From Octopus sinensis (Eukaryota): a stretch of 64,000 nucleotides of DNA. A program made the translations under genes and the position numbers. The notes beneath the pieces are model-generated. The model was not told the DNA's origin. It did not search any database and saw only the letters and a list, made by a program, of their open reading frames with translations. How positions within the stretch are numbered: the first letter of the stretch is position 1; each line of letters starts with the position of its first letter. Location: assembly GCF_006345805.1 (NCBI RefSeq), contig NC_042998.1, forward strand, positions 53,010,001-53,074,000, given 5' to 3'. Shown piece after piece: positions 25,433-39,409 of the stretch.

Positions 25433-26120
25433 CAGTTGCTGTAGTAACAGTCAAATATGAACATACATTTGCACACACTGGTACATGTTTGATATGACTA
25501 TGGTTAAAGCACGTTCATCTGAGAAATGAATTAATTCAAATCAACAGTTTTGGTCAAAGATGCAAATAATTCCAATGACAAGCTCAGCTATTTGACAAAG
25601 AAACACAAATAACTGATAACAGGTAAAAGTTTGCTATGTATTTATATGTCAACTACAATCAAATGAACTAACCAGATATATGTCGCTTAATTTATATGTA
25701 TATGCAGGTCTATATCACTTCATTGCTTCCTTAGAACTCTTATCAGTGCCAATCGAATTTATCTAAGTGAAGTTAATGTATTTTCCTAGTAATATTTGTA
25801 TTGTTTCTGTCATCTTAACAGAAAATACAAATGATATTAGTCCTAATTTAGTTGATATTCATGGTAGAAACACTATAAAATCATGATTTAGCCAGGATGA
25901 TAATACTTTTGCATATTAATAGTTGGAATATGCAGAGTTATTCTGGCTATAAGAAATACTGCAATGTATTTTGATGCATCTCTATACCGGTTTCAAATCC
26001 TACTTGGTTCATTAGCATTAGTATTATCGTTACTGCTATTGCTGTTATTACTGTCACCATAATTGGGAAAATGAAATAAGAAAAAAATGCAATGCACCAG
26101 CCTTCTCTGACTCAACACTG

Positions 26121-26290
26121 TTTCTCTGTCAAGCTCTGGCCTAACATTCTGAAAGAGAAACCATTATATATACCTGTACATTAAGGATATATGCTTCTTT
26201 TTCTCTCTGTCAAGCTCTGGCCTAACATTCTGAAAGAGAAACCATTATATATACCTGTACATTCAGGATATATGCTTCTTTTTCTCTCTC
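26121..26290. repeat. Tandem duplication, 81-bp unit x2
   Basis: ctctgtcaagctctggcctaac... at 26124 and 26205, one substitution seen. Confidence 0.9.
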
Positions 26291-26924
26291 TCTTCCCTTT
26301 ACACGCATACACATTTAAATATAAATATGACTACACATATACTTCATAAATTCTATAGAAAGGGTGTGAATGTATGTGTGTATGATAGACGGATAGCTGA
26401 GTGGATAGATAGATGGAAGAATGGATGGTCACTTGAAGTGCTACCAACTCTTGAAGTTATGTTCATAATAACTCATTACTGTCATCATTATCATTATCAT
26501 TTTATGCTTGTTTCCCATACTGGTATAGGTTGAATGGCTTTACAGTAACCGATGGGTTAAAAGACCATGTCATGTCCTATTGTCTCAGTTTTGATATGGT
26601 TCCTACTGCTAGATGCCCTTCCCAACACCAACCATCCTACAAAATGTACTGGCTGCATTTTTCCATGGCAACAGAAAATGCAATGTCAGTGGTGTGCAGG
26701 AGAGACAATCTGTGATTGACAAGGGTAAGAGAATAGGTTGAGTAAGAAGAGATATACTGCTACCACAGGTTATATATTGGTAGGCAGAGTGGTATGTAGG
26801 AAATATATAAGGTGTTAATGATGAGCTAGATTGTATTCTCAAAGTAACAGGTCCAAGAGTTTATGGTGAAAGAAGAATCAAGTGGAGGCAAAGTTTGTTA
26901 GAGTGCAAATCCTTCCTATTCAAG

Positions 26925-27290
26925 TATCATCATCATCATCATCACCACTTAGAGTCTGTTTTCCATGCTGGCATGGGTTAGATGGCTTGACTGGGACTAG
27001 TAAGCTGGAGAGCTATATGAGGTTCCGGTCTGATTTGACTAGGTTTCTACAGCTGGATGTCCTTCCTAATGCCAACCATTCCAAGAGTGTAGTGAGTGCT
27101 TTTACATGGGTGCCTTTTATGTGTTGCTGGCAAGGGTGCCTTTAACATGTCACCAGCACAGGTGCCCTGACGTGTCACTGGCATGGGAGCCTTTTATGCG
27201 TCACCAGGACAGGTGCTTTTACATGTCACTAACACTGGCCACAACTATAATTGCACTTAGCTTGACATGTCTTCTCAGAGAATTGAGAAA
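26925..27290 (-). mobile_element. RTE 3' UTR fragment
   Basis: (cat)n...ttccatgctggcatggg...ctacagctggatgtccttcctaatgccaacc. Confidence 0.75.
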
Positions 27291-28343
27291 AGATGAGTAG
27301 CAGGATACAGAGAGTGGGAAAAAAAGAGAAGGGAGATATTCAATAGGCACAAGTTGATTAAACTTTCTCTTTATATGTTTATCATATGAACTTTATTGTG
27401 AAACATTCTTGCAGACAATCCCCATGTTTGTAGCTATCTCCATTATTCTGACAACAAATGAAAAATGTCTCTTCCATAAGAACTAAAACAGTTTTTAAGC
27501 AATATGGTTTATCTGAACTATTAACTACACATTTGTGGTTTTTCTGATTTATATCTGATATTTATAAAGCTGTATCTCAAATTTTTACATTATCTTTACT
27601 ACCAACTGTTTTCATGTACAACAGTGCTTAGTCTCTCAAATTTGAAGGAGGAAAGATAAAATGCATAGAACAAAGAACTTTGTCAATGGTCATTGCACTG
27701 TATCGTAGTAGTGTATGACCTTAGTCTGGCTATTTTGCACGTAATAACACAATTGTGTATGACATAATACACATACTACTACTAAAAATGTGAAGCTTCT
27801 TTCTCTGCACCAATAGCTGTTTTCTCTAGAGGATTATATAGCTGTGTTGTCTTCTTATTTAATCTTAGTTTTTCTGTAAAAGCTGCTAATGTATTACTTC
27901 AGTTGTGATAGCATAACAGACAATAGGATGCAGTAATCTACAATTCATTTGCAAAAGAGCTTTACACAGACCATTATGAATAAAACATATGAATTCCAAC
28001 AAGTGAGGCACTCATCAGTAGCTCCTATTTATTCAGTTCTATTTTAAACCACTAAACTTTCATCACAGTCACTTCATGTAAGAAACATTTCAAATGTATA
28101 TGGTTTGTCAACGATTTTGGATAAGATAAAGACTAATGAAAATCTAGCAGCTTACTGGTGAAAGTTTTGAAAGGAAATGTGCAGAAATATATTTTATATG
28201 GTGTTTCCATGTAAATTATATTTTGGAAGCTAACTGTATTTGAAAATAATTACAATAAGAAGAAGAAAGAAATATAAGAGTTAATTTGAGTAAGAATATG
28301 TTAATCTGAATATCTGTATTTTATTTTATTTATACAGTATGTA

Positions 28344-28738
28344 TAGGTGCAGGAGTGGCTGTGTGCTAAGTAGCTTGCTAACCAACCACGTGGTTCTGGG
28401 TTCAGTTCCACTACGTGGCATCTTGGGCAAGTGTCTTCTGCTATAGCCATGGGCCGACCAAAGCCTTGTGAGTGGATTTGGTAGACGGAAACCGAAAGAA
28501 GCCTGTCGTATATATGTATATAAATATATATATATGTATGTGTGTGTATATGTTTGTGTGTCTGTGTTTGTCCCTCCAGCATTGCTTGACAACTGATGCT
28601 AGTGTGTTTACGTCCACGTCATATAGCGGTTCGGCAAAAGAGACCGGTAGAATAAGTACTGGGCTTATAAAAATAAGTCCCGGGGTCGATTTGCTCGACT
28701 AAAGGTGGTGCTCCAGCATGGCCACAGTCAAATGATTT
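28344..28738 (+). mobile_element. SINE family B, well preserved
   Basis: tRNA-like head ggctgtgtg...gggttcagttcc, central cttgggcaagtg (CORE-like), internal (TA)n(TG)n. Confidence 0.9.
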
Positions 28739-30559
28739 GGTTAGCATGTTTTTTTTCTCTTTGAAAGACCTGTAAAATATAAAAATCTGCATTTCTACTT
28801 TAAAGTTATTATAATAGTTCAATGTCCTTTACAGCACCAAATACATGACATAATATGTCAATTTTATTCAATCACCTGTTAGGCAAATTGTTTTACTATG
28901 TCTACATCTCAGCATCATTTATTTTGCATTACAACTCTAACAGCATAAAACAAACCTGAATTATTTATTGTTTAAAATCTGTCCACACACAAACGTGGTT
29001 AGATTACTAAACATTAATGTAAGATTCAACAGGCTACATCTATATTTTCTTTCCTATCATACTGTTAGTATATTTACTTTCATGTCAGCAAAGACAAATG
29101 GAATTTTGAAATGAACAAGGCTGTTTTTAGAATAGTATGGCCTTTACAAACTATTAACTTAAAATTTTAGTGTATTTGAAATGGCATGTGGTTTAGAAGA
29201 ACGTATGGTAAACCTTTATATTCTTTTAAGCTACAACTACTATTATTATACATTCTTTCTCTGTACCTATTGCAATTTATATCTTTGTCATTTTAACTTT
29301 TCTAAGAAGCGAATATATTATTTCTGTTGTAATATCAGATAATAGAAAATATTAATTTACTACACACACACACACACACATCAAAGCTAACTGACTCAAC
29401 TAAGAATCTTTTTGACAAGATGTCTTATCATATATACTGTTAAAGTTTCTACCCAATTAACTTTAGTGCTATGCAGTTGCATCTTGTCTTCACAGTAACA
29501 ATCTTCTAGACATAGCTTCTAATCAAATACACACTTATATAGGTGAGTGATACCAGAAAAGCCTTCAAGAAATAATAGTCAAGCCTCCTTCAATTTACAC
29601 CCTATTTTCATTTTAAAATATTCAGGATACATTGGACAATATCATAGATATATTTAAGAATTGTTTTAGAAAGTCTGTACAAAGCAAATTGAAAATAAAA
29701 GAGTGAAGGCAGAAAGAAAATAAAAGTTTATACTTTTACCATTTATTTCAATATTTCTGAGTTGAAATCCCATTATCAAGAGAAAATGGAGAGTGGTGAC
29801 AAGCTGGTGCATTTTGCACAGATATTTAAGTTTAGAGAAATCCAAAAAGTGCAAAGATTGCTGTTGTTAGATCATACAAGCAGTTTTAATCAGTTTACCT
29901 CTGTTTATAACAGACAGGTTTAGTCTATAGTGTCTTTAATAGTGAATGTGATGTTTTGATATCTTTTCATGGAAGAAATATTTGTCTGAAAGTATTCTCT
30001 AATGCTAATGTGCATATAGGGACAATGCTTCCTGTGTAAGACATATCATATTTACTGCAAACCATGTGGTAGATTGCATAGACCCTCAAACACACATCCA
30101 CATAGTTAATATGGTAGTTGGTTTGTGTAGATCAATATCCAAACAGGAATTTTCTCATGGGTTACCAAAAGGATTGCAGCTATGATTCAATTGTTAAAAT
30201 GTGTCAGTTTTAGCAAGCATATGTTATTTCTGGCTATATGAAACTTCATGGGTTTATTAGTATACTGACATCTGCAAAGGATGGAGACAGTCATTGCTCA
30301 TTAGAACACTTTAGAACTGCTTAGTGTAGGCAATGTTATCGCGTACCTCTTGGCATTTATTACATATCTGAGAGACTTTTATTCTGTATGTATGAAGCCT
30401 TGGATGTGGTTGTCAGGGCTGATATCTACTGCACAATCAGCCTAACATTTCTCTTGAGAAGTTGATTTCGAGTTTGAAATATTGAAACATAAGATAAAAG
30501 TATAAACTACAGTGCTGCATCTGTTTACACTTCTTTATTCCCAACTTGTACTATTCTGG

Positions 30560-30868
30560 CTTTCAGCACAGCTCCCATGACTTTCAGAAACATTTTTTCA
30601 CACTAAGAGTTGCTTAAGTATGGAACAAACTGCCAGCATCAGTTGTTAGTTGTCGGAGCACTGCATTCTTCAAAACTTCCATGCTTCATGAGATTCGCCA
30701 ACACTACACCTGATTTTCTCCCCTCCATACACACGCAAGCATGTATCTGACTCATACACTATACACTTCTCAGGCATTTATACATTACTGCATATGCTTT
30801 ATATGCACTTTTGACAAGTTGTGGTGCACCTGAGCACTGTACACAATAATTTCATTATTATTATTATT
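30560..30868 (+). mobile_element. CR1-clade-like LINE 3' end
   Basis: Homologous to 16020-16432; tail attattattatt. Confidence 0.75.
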
Positions 30869-31849
30869 AAGCAATTTTAACTCTGTTGCACTGTGTTTCA
30901 TATAAACTATACCATTCTTACATGCACTGTTTGAATAAAAGACAAAAAGACAGGATGGTCATAGCTGCAATACCTTTGATCATAGACTTGTTAATTATCA
31001 TTGAACTAAGATGGCAAAACATACTCTAAATTCAAGCCAGCAGATTTCAGTATAATACAATATTTTCTGTCAGAACTACACATCTTGATGAAAGAGAGAC
31101 CTTACAATGGAAATTTAATCTAACTGCACTCAACAACAGTAAAATGTGAAGACTGGATTTCTAAAAAATATGTCCACATTATCCATTATTACTCATAATT
31201 TATATACATTCAGAACAATACACTATTTCTTTAATGCTGAGCCTCAAAATTATTTTTGCTAATATTTAGTAGTAGCTGCACATTCATCACACAACAAAGA
31301 AAATAAGTTTTCTTTGCTGGTCATAGAAATCCATAAATTTTGAAGGGCTTCTTGTAATTAGCAAGATTGTAATTTGTTCTCTACCACAATACTGATTATG
31401 CAGCTCCAATAGCACACTCCCTGTAGTTCATTATTTCTTTTGAATTATTGCAATTCTAGCTATGGTGTAGCAATGTCACAAGTAATTGAATAATCTTTTG
31501 TAATTTTTTATGTCTCTTTCATTAAGCTCATATTCATATAGATTCTAATATGCATCCAAGAGAGGAAGAAAATGTTACATAAATCCACACATGCTTACAC
31601 ATCCAGTTGTACTTAACAGTATAGGCTTGCCAACTCAGTACTGTTACTACCTAAACAGACTTGATATATCTACCATTTTAACATCTGCCAAAGCCATTGT
31701 CTTATCCAACTCCAAGTTCTGTAATAAATACAATATCAAATATTCCCCAATCAGAAATTGTATCCTTTTGGAACCCCTCCCCATACTTGTATTTCATCCT
31801 CAACTACAGATGTATACTACTCAAATGAACATCTGTTATTCTAGCTTTA

Positions 31850-32065
31850 AAGCAGTGGGTGGCAGAACCATTAGCACAGCAAATGAAAATACTTAGCAGT
31901 ACATCTTTTAGCTTTACATTCTGAGTTCAAATTTTACCAGGGTCAATTTTGCCTTTCATCTTTTCAGGGTTGATTAAATAAAGTATCAGTTGAGTACTGA
32001 GGTTGATGCAACTGACAAGTCCCTTACCCCTAAAATTGCTGGCCTTGAACCAAAATTTGAAACAG
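31850..32065 (+). mobile_element. SINE family A
   Basis: Family motifs. Confidence 0.8.
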
Positions 32066-32534
32066 CTCTAAATTCCTTCAGAATAGAGTATTTAGAAAGC
32101 TATGCATAAATCTCTCTTTCTAAATCAATGAATTATAAAACCTAATAATCTTGGTGGTCATGAATTAAACACTGCTCGTTTTATATAAATACATAAAAGG
32201 GACTTTAAGACACCAGTGTGTCAACCTCGTTGTGTCTCTTCAGTTAAAACTAATCCTAGATCAATGAAATTAAATAGGAATGGTGGTTAATGACTTGAAG
32301 GGACACGTTATTTTGATATGCAACTATAATATACTACAAGGTATATTAAACGCTTTATAAGTCAATACTGTGTTTTACTGTGTTAGTAGTACTATTAAGT
32401 CATTTGTTAAGGTTATCTCTACAGACTTTCTATAGAAATTACAGCCAGCACTGATTTGTTGTGATGTTTTGTATCCAAGTGCGCCTAATGTAAACAAACA
32501 TCGAGATCAAAGATGAAATATGGGTAATGGATGT

Positions 32535-32578
32535 ATATAACATATTTTGGGAGCTTTTGCTCCTTCATCAGTAGCACC
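32535..32578 (-). ncRNA. Degenerate hammerhead ribozyme relic
   Basis: Minus strand: CTGATGA-A-GGAGC aaaa GCTCC-C-AAAA (GAAA mutated); stems I and III decayed. Confidence 0.4.
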
Positions 32579-33937
32579 TATCCAACCATTAACCATCTTC
32601 GAACTCATTGCTTAAATAGCCACTAAATATAGCAGTGTAACCTTATTGGATAAACTACAATTGATAAACTTCAGCACAGTTTTCATGGACCCAGTTTTCC
32701 CCACAATGTTAAAGTGGATTCAATACTATGGCAAAAGACACTCCCCCAAGGTGCAACACAGCAAGATTGAATCTGCGACCTTGTGTTAGCCAAATCAAGC
32801 CCCCTTTACCACATAACCACATCTGCATCTGCAATATACATTGAAAATATTCTTGCCACATTACAGAAGCTTTCATAAAGTTTGCTAACACTATTCCTAC
32901 TGATCAACTGTAAAGGTAGAATTTTATAGGTATTTCACAAGAGCAATTACTAGAATTCATTGAGAGCATTAGAACAGCTCTCAAATATCTAAATGCTTTC
33001 TTATTTTCTTTTTCATTTTTTTTTTCTTTTTTTGGCCAGATATAATTCATTGAATGAAAAGTTACAAAAATGCCTGTGATATAAATAAACAGGAAGTTTG
33101 TTCAGACCTAAAGTAGAATCTACTATGATTTATTTAATTGCTTTTGCAGTATTTTTCTTTGAGGAAGTCTTATATATGAGATCTGCTCAATTCCCTTTAG
33201 TGTTATGGTTGATAGCAAATAGTCTCCACTTCTACAAAAAAAAAAAAAAATTATAATTTCGTTTTAGGAAATCTATATAAGAGATCATTTATTCTCCTTA
33301 AGTCTCATACTTATTAGAAATAAGTATTTACTTTCAAAAGCGAACCTTTTGGTAAAAGAGACACATTTCAAATGCTTTGCATATTTTAGCCAACCATTTT
33401 ATTAGTTTATATATATATAAATATATATATGTGTGTTCTGCAAAAGGTATATTATTGTTGTCAACATTTTGAAATAGACATATATATAATATTGGATTGG
33501 ATTTTTAGAATTTTGTTCACACATTTCTAAAAGTTTGCCATGTTAGTATTTCCCATTTGGACTACAGATTATATAGTGTAGTAAACAGTTCTTGCAAGAG
33601 TTAGCTTGCAAACTAGTTTTAATTCCCTGTTGAAATAATGTCATTTACATGCCTTTATGAACATCACAAAGTTCCCATTTCTTCTTCATTCAATATTCCA
33701 AATTCATGTTTTCTTCTGTAGCTTCTCCAATGAAATATCTTTTTTCTTTTACACATGAAAATGTATTTTCTGTAAGGTTTACACTTGAGTACTAGCCAAA
33801 AAAAATCTTACAGCAGCCATTTATTTTACTTCTAGATAAAATCTGATTATGAGCTAAAGAGGGAGATTTGACTGCTAGAAACTGCAGTGAAATCTTCCTT
33901 GTGTCGCTCAGCCATCAACGAAAAGAAAGGATTTTCT

Positions 33938-34146
33938 TTCTATTTAGGCAGAAGGCCAGCTATTTTGAGATGAGCCAAAGCTGGTTACATCGACACCAGT
34001 ATTAAACTGGTACTTATTTTATGAAACCAGAAAGATAAAAGGCAAAGTCAAACTCGGCAGAATTTGAACTTAAAATGTAAAGCTATAAGTAATATTGCTA
34101 AGCATTTTATCCAGTCTGTTAATGATTCTGCCAGCTTGCTGTCCTA
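33938..34146 (-). mobile_element. SINE family A
   Basis: Family motifs. Confidence 0.8.
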
Positions 34147-34625
34147 AAGGAAGGATACAGTGTTCTTTAAACACCGACTGAAGAAAATATTAAATGGTCA
34201 AGCCTGGAATGGCTTTCATAATGTGTCTCCTGTATCTGCATTGACCTAAGATTGAACAACAATAGCATAATTCTACTTGCAGACACATTTTGTGGCTATA
34301 AAATAGCTGCAATTCTCATTTGAATGTTGAGCAACTAACAATGAGAATGGCTTCTAACTGTAAAATACCCTGCTCCAGTAATATGTGAATTTGCATATGA
34401 CAAAAAAAAAAAATTTTAATTTAAAAAAAATTAAATAGCAACCAATTCATGCTAAGATAAAAAAAAGTGGGTTTGAAACAAAGAAAATACAAAAAACAAA
34501 AATACACGTTACATGGAGAATAAAATTAATTATTAATTGAATTATTGATTAACAAATTCCTCCAGTTGTTTCTCATAGAATGCAATTAACTCTTCTGGCT
34601 TGAACAATGCTATTAATTTTATCAG

Positions 34626-34890
34626 ATGTATGGTGAGAAGTTTCTTTTCCAACCACATAGTTATGGGTTCAGCCCAACTGCATGGCACCTTGGGTAAGTG
34701 TTTTTTAATATAGAACTGGCTGAACCAAAACTTTGTGTGTGTGTGGAAGCGTGTGTGTATGGAAGCGTGTGTGTGTGGAAGCGTGTGTGTGTGGAAGCGT
34801 GTGTGTGTGTGAAGGGCTTCATTCTGTTTCCATCTACCACATTCATTCTCACACACACACACCAACCCACACACAGAAGAAGTGAACACA
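34626..34890 (+). mobile_element. SINE family B with an internal 16-bp minisatellite
   Basis: (gtgtgtgtgtggaagc) x4 at 34733-34812. Confidence 0.75.
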
Positions 34891-35444
34891 AATGATTCTT
34901 AAATTTGATGACAGCAGTAGCATTTTATTTATTTAATGCAGTCATAAAAAACTACATCATAATATATTATCTGTTATTACCAAGTAAAATTTTTATCATC
35001 GACAAAGACAGCCAGCATTAGCGAGACTAGACAAATATATATATATATATATATATATACGAGCAAAATGCCCCTCCCCATCCAATGGACGGTGCTGAGT
35101 TGTCAAACATTTAAACCAAATTTTCTCAAAGCAACTTGTGTGATCGTCCCATAGGCCTCCCCTTTGAGAAACAGTGATTTTTACCTAAATTTGAGACACC
35201 AAACAGGCCGGCTTTTTTTGCGCAAACTGCACATGCATTTTTCTTGCGTACGCATAGTATCGATCACAACAGCTGATGTACTTGCATGTACAAAGGCATG
35301 TTCCCATGGCTTTATAGATCACATTCTCACCTGGAATCAATTTTTGTAATTTTTCAAGACTTATACACACCCTGATACTGTCGGTATCTACATATCAAAT
35401 TTGAGTGCAAATTTATACAGATGATGATGATGATGATGATGATG

Positions 35445-35491
<47 letters not shown>

Positions 35492-35494
35492 CTA

Positions 35495-35768
35495 CTACAG
35501 GGTTCTTTCAGTTTCTATCTACCAAATCTACTCACAAGTCTTTGGTTAGCCCAAGGCTATAGTAGAAGACACTTGCATAAAGTGCCATGCAGTGGGATAA
35601 TGTAGAGCCATGTAGTTGGGAAACAAGCTTCTTACCACACAGTTTCTGTCTACGAAATCCACTCACAAGGGCTATATTAGAAGTCACTTTCCCAAGGTGC
35701 CAAGCAGTGCACCTGAACCCAAAACCATTTGGTTGGGAAGTAAATTTCTTACCATACAGCCATATCTG
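35495..35768 (-). mobile_element. Two tandem SINE family B 5' fragments
   Basis: Head motif cttaccacacag / cttaccatacag occurs twice. Confidence 0.75.
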
Positions 35769-35772
35769 CACT

Positions 35773-35803
<31 letters not shown>

Positions 35804-37185
35804 CATTCATTTAGTTACCATTTCCATTTTAGTCATTATTATCAGAAATGATAATAGGAATTAAATGCAGTGAAATTCACTTTGAACTATTGCCAATTAG
35901 CGTCAGGAAATAAAATTTTTTTTAAATGGCTAAAATGAGAGAGTTCTAGACAAAGACATGCTCTTGTGGGAAATATTTTAATTTTTATGTAAGGTGACGC
36001 TTATACAGATGACGTTTTGAAGAGCTTGGCGTTCTTGGAATAAAGAATTCTACAGAAATTTAAAACAACAGCAACAGAACAATAAGAAGGAGGTTATATT
36101 AAATAGAATATTAGTCAATTGTTTTCTGCTTGGATACAAGAAAGATGAAACAGTTGATGTACAAAGCTGGGTACTCCTTTCCCGTTTTTATTAACAGTGT
36201 ATAGATTTTTATTGGTTTAACTTTACAGATTGCACCGAGAGAATCCAAATGTCATCTTGGAAAGAATAGAGTTACAAGACAGGGCAAGCCATATTAACAT
36301 TGTTATTGAAACCTCCTTAGAAACAAAACAGCTTCAATTTCTTTTATGACAATGATATTATCGAATAAAAGGAGTAAAGTTTAGAAGTATCATGTGAAGG
36401 ACAATAAAGATACAAGAAAATCAAAATAAATCCGAATAATAAACATTGTGAATTCCTCTTCTTTTCTTTCTTTCTTTCTTTCTCTCACCCTTCTATTTCT
36501 TCCTCGCTTATGAGTATTCTATTTTTCCTTTCTAATTGAATCACATCATAGAAACGTAAACTATTCCTTTCAAAAATCACATCAAGGCATTTGTCATTTG
36601 TTCTTTCTTTTGATAAATTATTCAAAGGAAAAATTTCCCTCCAAAAGTTACAGAGAAATAAACTGCACATGCACACATACAGGAGCGCATATATAAATTT
36701 ATATACGCACATACACTACATGCACACAAACATGCACACACAAACATGCACACACAAACATACACACACAAACATGCACACACAAACATACACACACAAA
36801 TATGCACACACAAATGCACACACATACACACACATGCATATATGTAATTCTAAAAGTGATTTATAAGGAAAAAATCAAGATATAATTTATTATTTGCAGT
36901 AAAGACTCAGTTATCTTAAGATTTGTTTTTTGCAATGATATCTGTAATGAATGCTTCCTTTTTTTCTCTTTAGTCACTCTGGTAATGTAATTCATTGGAA
37001 CAATAAGCTGATTTAACCCTATATTTTTATTATTGAGTTAAAATCTTATAAATCAAACATGACATATGAGAAAAAATAAGTGAAGATTGTTTAATTCTAG
37101 ATCTCTATCAACTGCTAGTTTATTGAGAAATATATTATTGAGCACCCTTTTCTGTATTGTATTATCAAAAGCATCGGAAGAAAAG

Positions 37186-37341
37186 TAGCCTTTTAGCAGT
37201 CTTGCTGTTGACAGCAAAAGCCATGCCTGTGTCTCTTCTTCCCTCTATTTTTCCAATGTAGAAGGTGCAACCCTCCTCTAGTAAGTGGCCCTGCCCTTTG
37301 ATCTTGGTCTCTTGGAGTGCAGCAATGTTTACACCATATCA
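37186..37341 (-). pseudogene. RTE-type LINE apurinic endonuclease remnant
   Basis: Minus frame YGVNIAALQETKIKGQGHLLEEGCTFYIGKIEGRRDTGMAFAVNSK; has the IAALQET and GxAFxV motifs of LINE endonucleases. Confidence 0.75.
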
Positions 37342-38699
37342 GTGCAATTTTTTGCATCATGTTATAAAACGTGCAATATATATTACTGTATATTTAAGTA
37401 AGAGCTGGTTTAGAAGTTAAAGTGCTTGAAATACACATTCAAAGAGCATATTCATTGCAAAGTGAGCTTCAACAAGGCCACTAACATGGCTTGCTCCAGA
37501 GTGCCTGACTGAAGGAGGTAAACAATAAGCTTCATTCTACCAACAGAGTTGCATAGCTATTTGTAGGCAAGACATCCAAGTGTAAAACAAGTGCTCAAAT
37601 ACCTCCACAAAAACCTATCACTCCTATGAAGCATGATAGAGACACAGTTATGTATATGTATAAACCATACTACCTATGCAATGTGATATATATATATATA
37701 TATATATATATGAACAAGCTTAAAAGCCACCCTATAGGTGACTTTTACACATGCTCCTGTGGAGAGCTCTTCATTAGACCTTGGGCCCAACAATGACACT
37801 GCATGCATTGAGTACATATTAAATTTTATTATGCTTGAACAATATTTTTCAAGCAATGAACAATTTTCATTAAAACAATGATATAATGTGTCGACTTGGA
37901 ACTTATTGCAAAGCTGCATGATAAACAACATTTTTTGTCTTCCCATTTGGAGTCAGTACAAATAGCTTGTTTCCATTCCCTACCCTTGAACAACCAACTT
38001 ATAGCTGGCTGCAGGCAGCAATAAACTTACCTTTAAAAAGTTCAATGATAATTCTTCTGCCACCACTTAATCTAAAGACAATTTGATGTATGTAGGGCCT
38101 TAGTTTTCATACAAACAATTATTTGTAATAGCTGGTACATATCTAAACTCCTGTTCATAGTTTGAAGGTGAATTACACCACTGTTACTAAACACTATTTT
38201 AAAGTACAATTTTTATGGTTTGGAATTGCTCTAAATGTATTTGACCATAGAAATGTTTGAAATTTAGTATTTTTTAAGTTAATAATAAAATTAGTCAAAC
38301 CTATTTTCATGCAGTCAGAGTGTGCTATGTTTCCATAGCTCTGATGGCCAATGGCATGAAAATAGGTCCAACAAATTTTGTCAATATCTGAAAAAATAAG
38401 TTTCCAACATTTTTATAGTAGAGAGTTATGAGAGGTAATATTGTATGAGAGAGTGAGTTCAACATGTTTTATGGTTAAATTACTTGATACAGTTATATTT
38501 AGAGAAATACTTTTTCGAACTGTTAGGATGAAGAAAAAACCAAGAATGAAGAATAGTAGAAGAGTCATCGATTAGTGAGAGAGGGGTAAAGCATGAGAAA
38601 TAGTAGAAGTGTCATTGAATAGTGAAAGAGGGGGTTGGAGATGTAAAGTTGAAAAAGTGCGACACACTGACATTTGCATTCACATTTATTATTATAGAT

Positions 38700-39003
38700 G
38701 ATGGACTAACCTGTTGAAGATGATGAATGAGTGTTCAGCATTTGCCAAACAACTGGTACAAATGATTTGCTTATAATGATCAAATGCATGTACCATACAT
38801 TAGCTTACTCCCTCCATCAAATCGACATTGCCTCAATAGATGCATAGTGTACCACATATCAGGTGCCAAAGTGATCATAGAGCAATGTGAGATGAAACGT
38901 TTTGCTCAAGTACACAACACACCACCTGGTCTAGGAATTGATAATTGAAAGCACAATCTCACGATCATGAGTGCAACACCCTAACCACTAAGCCATGTGT
39001 CCT
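38700..39003 (-). mobile_element. tRNA-derived SINE family F
   Basis: Plus reads ...acgatcatgagtgcaacaccctaaccactaagccatgtg (reverse-complemented tRNA-like head). Confidence 0.75.
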
Positions 39004-39409
39004 CTGATATATATAATAATAATAATAAAAAATAGTTTCATTTGACTTACTAAATAAATTTAATAACCAAACTAGTAATTATTATAGTTTTGCATAGGTT
39101 ATATATCATATTCTTATTACAACAATGTTGCTTGTTACTTCTGAAAGTATTAATAAAGTTTGGATATGCACCATATATGGTCACTCATTTTGTAAATAAT
39201 AATATAGATTAGTTCATCAGGAACTGTGCTTGTTGTTTGTTTGATTTGTATTGATGATTTCTGTCAATTCACTAAATTCTCCCTTCCATGGTGTGTGAAA
39301 AACAATAAATTTTTAAGTAACTTCAGATCTGGTTACCCCTTAAAAAATTCGTAAATTTGATTTCCATTGCTGTAACTTAAAATATATATATATGTGTGTG
39401 TATGTTTTA

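Noticed and set aside
29699-29925. 74-codon open plus frame ending at CAG|GTTTAG
   Set aside because: No convincing acceptor and no known motif.
31591-31896. 101-aa plus-strand ORF
   Set aside because: No motif; runs into a SINE.
32200-32245. Minus-strand CTGAAGA-GACAC...GTGTC
   Set aside because: Followed by TTAAA rather than GAAA, and no stem I.
36019-36290. Coding-looking frames RSWNKEFYRNLKQQQQ... and LHRENPNVILERIELQDR
   Set aside because: Splice phases between the two do not fit, and I recognise no homology.
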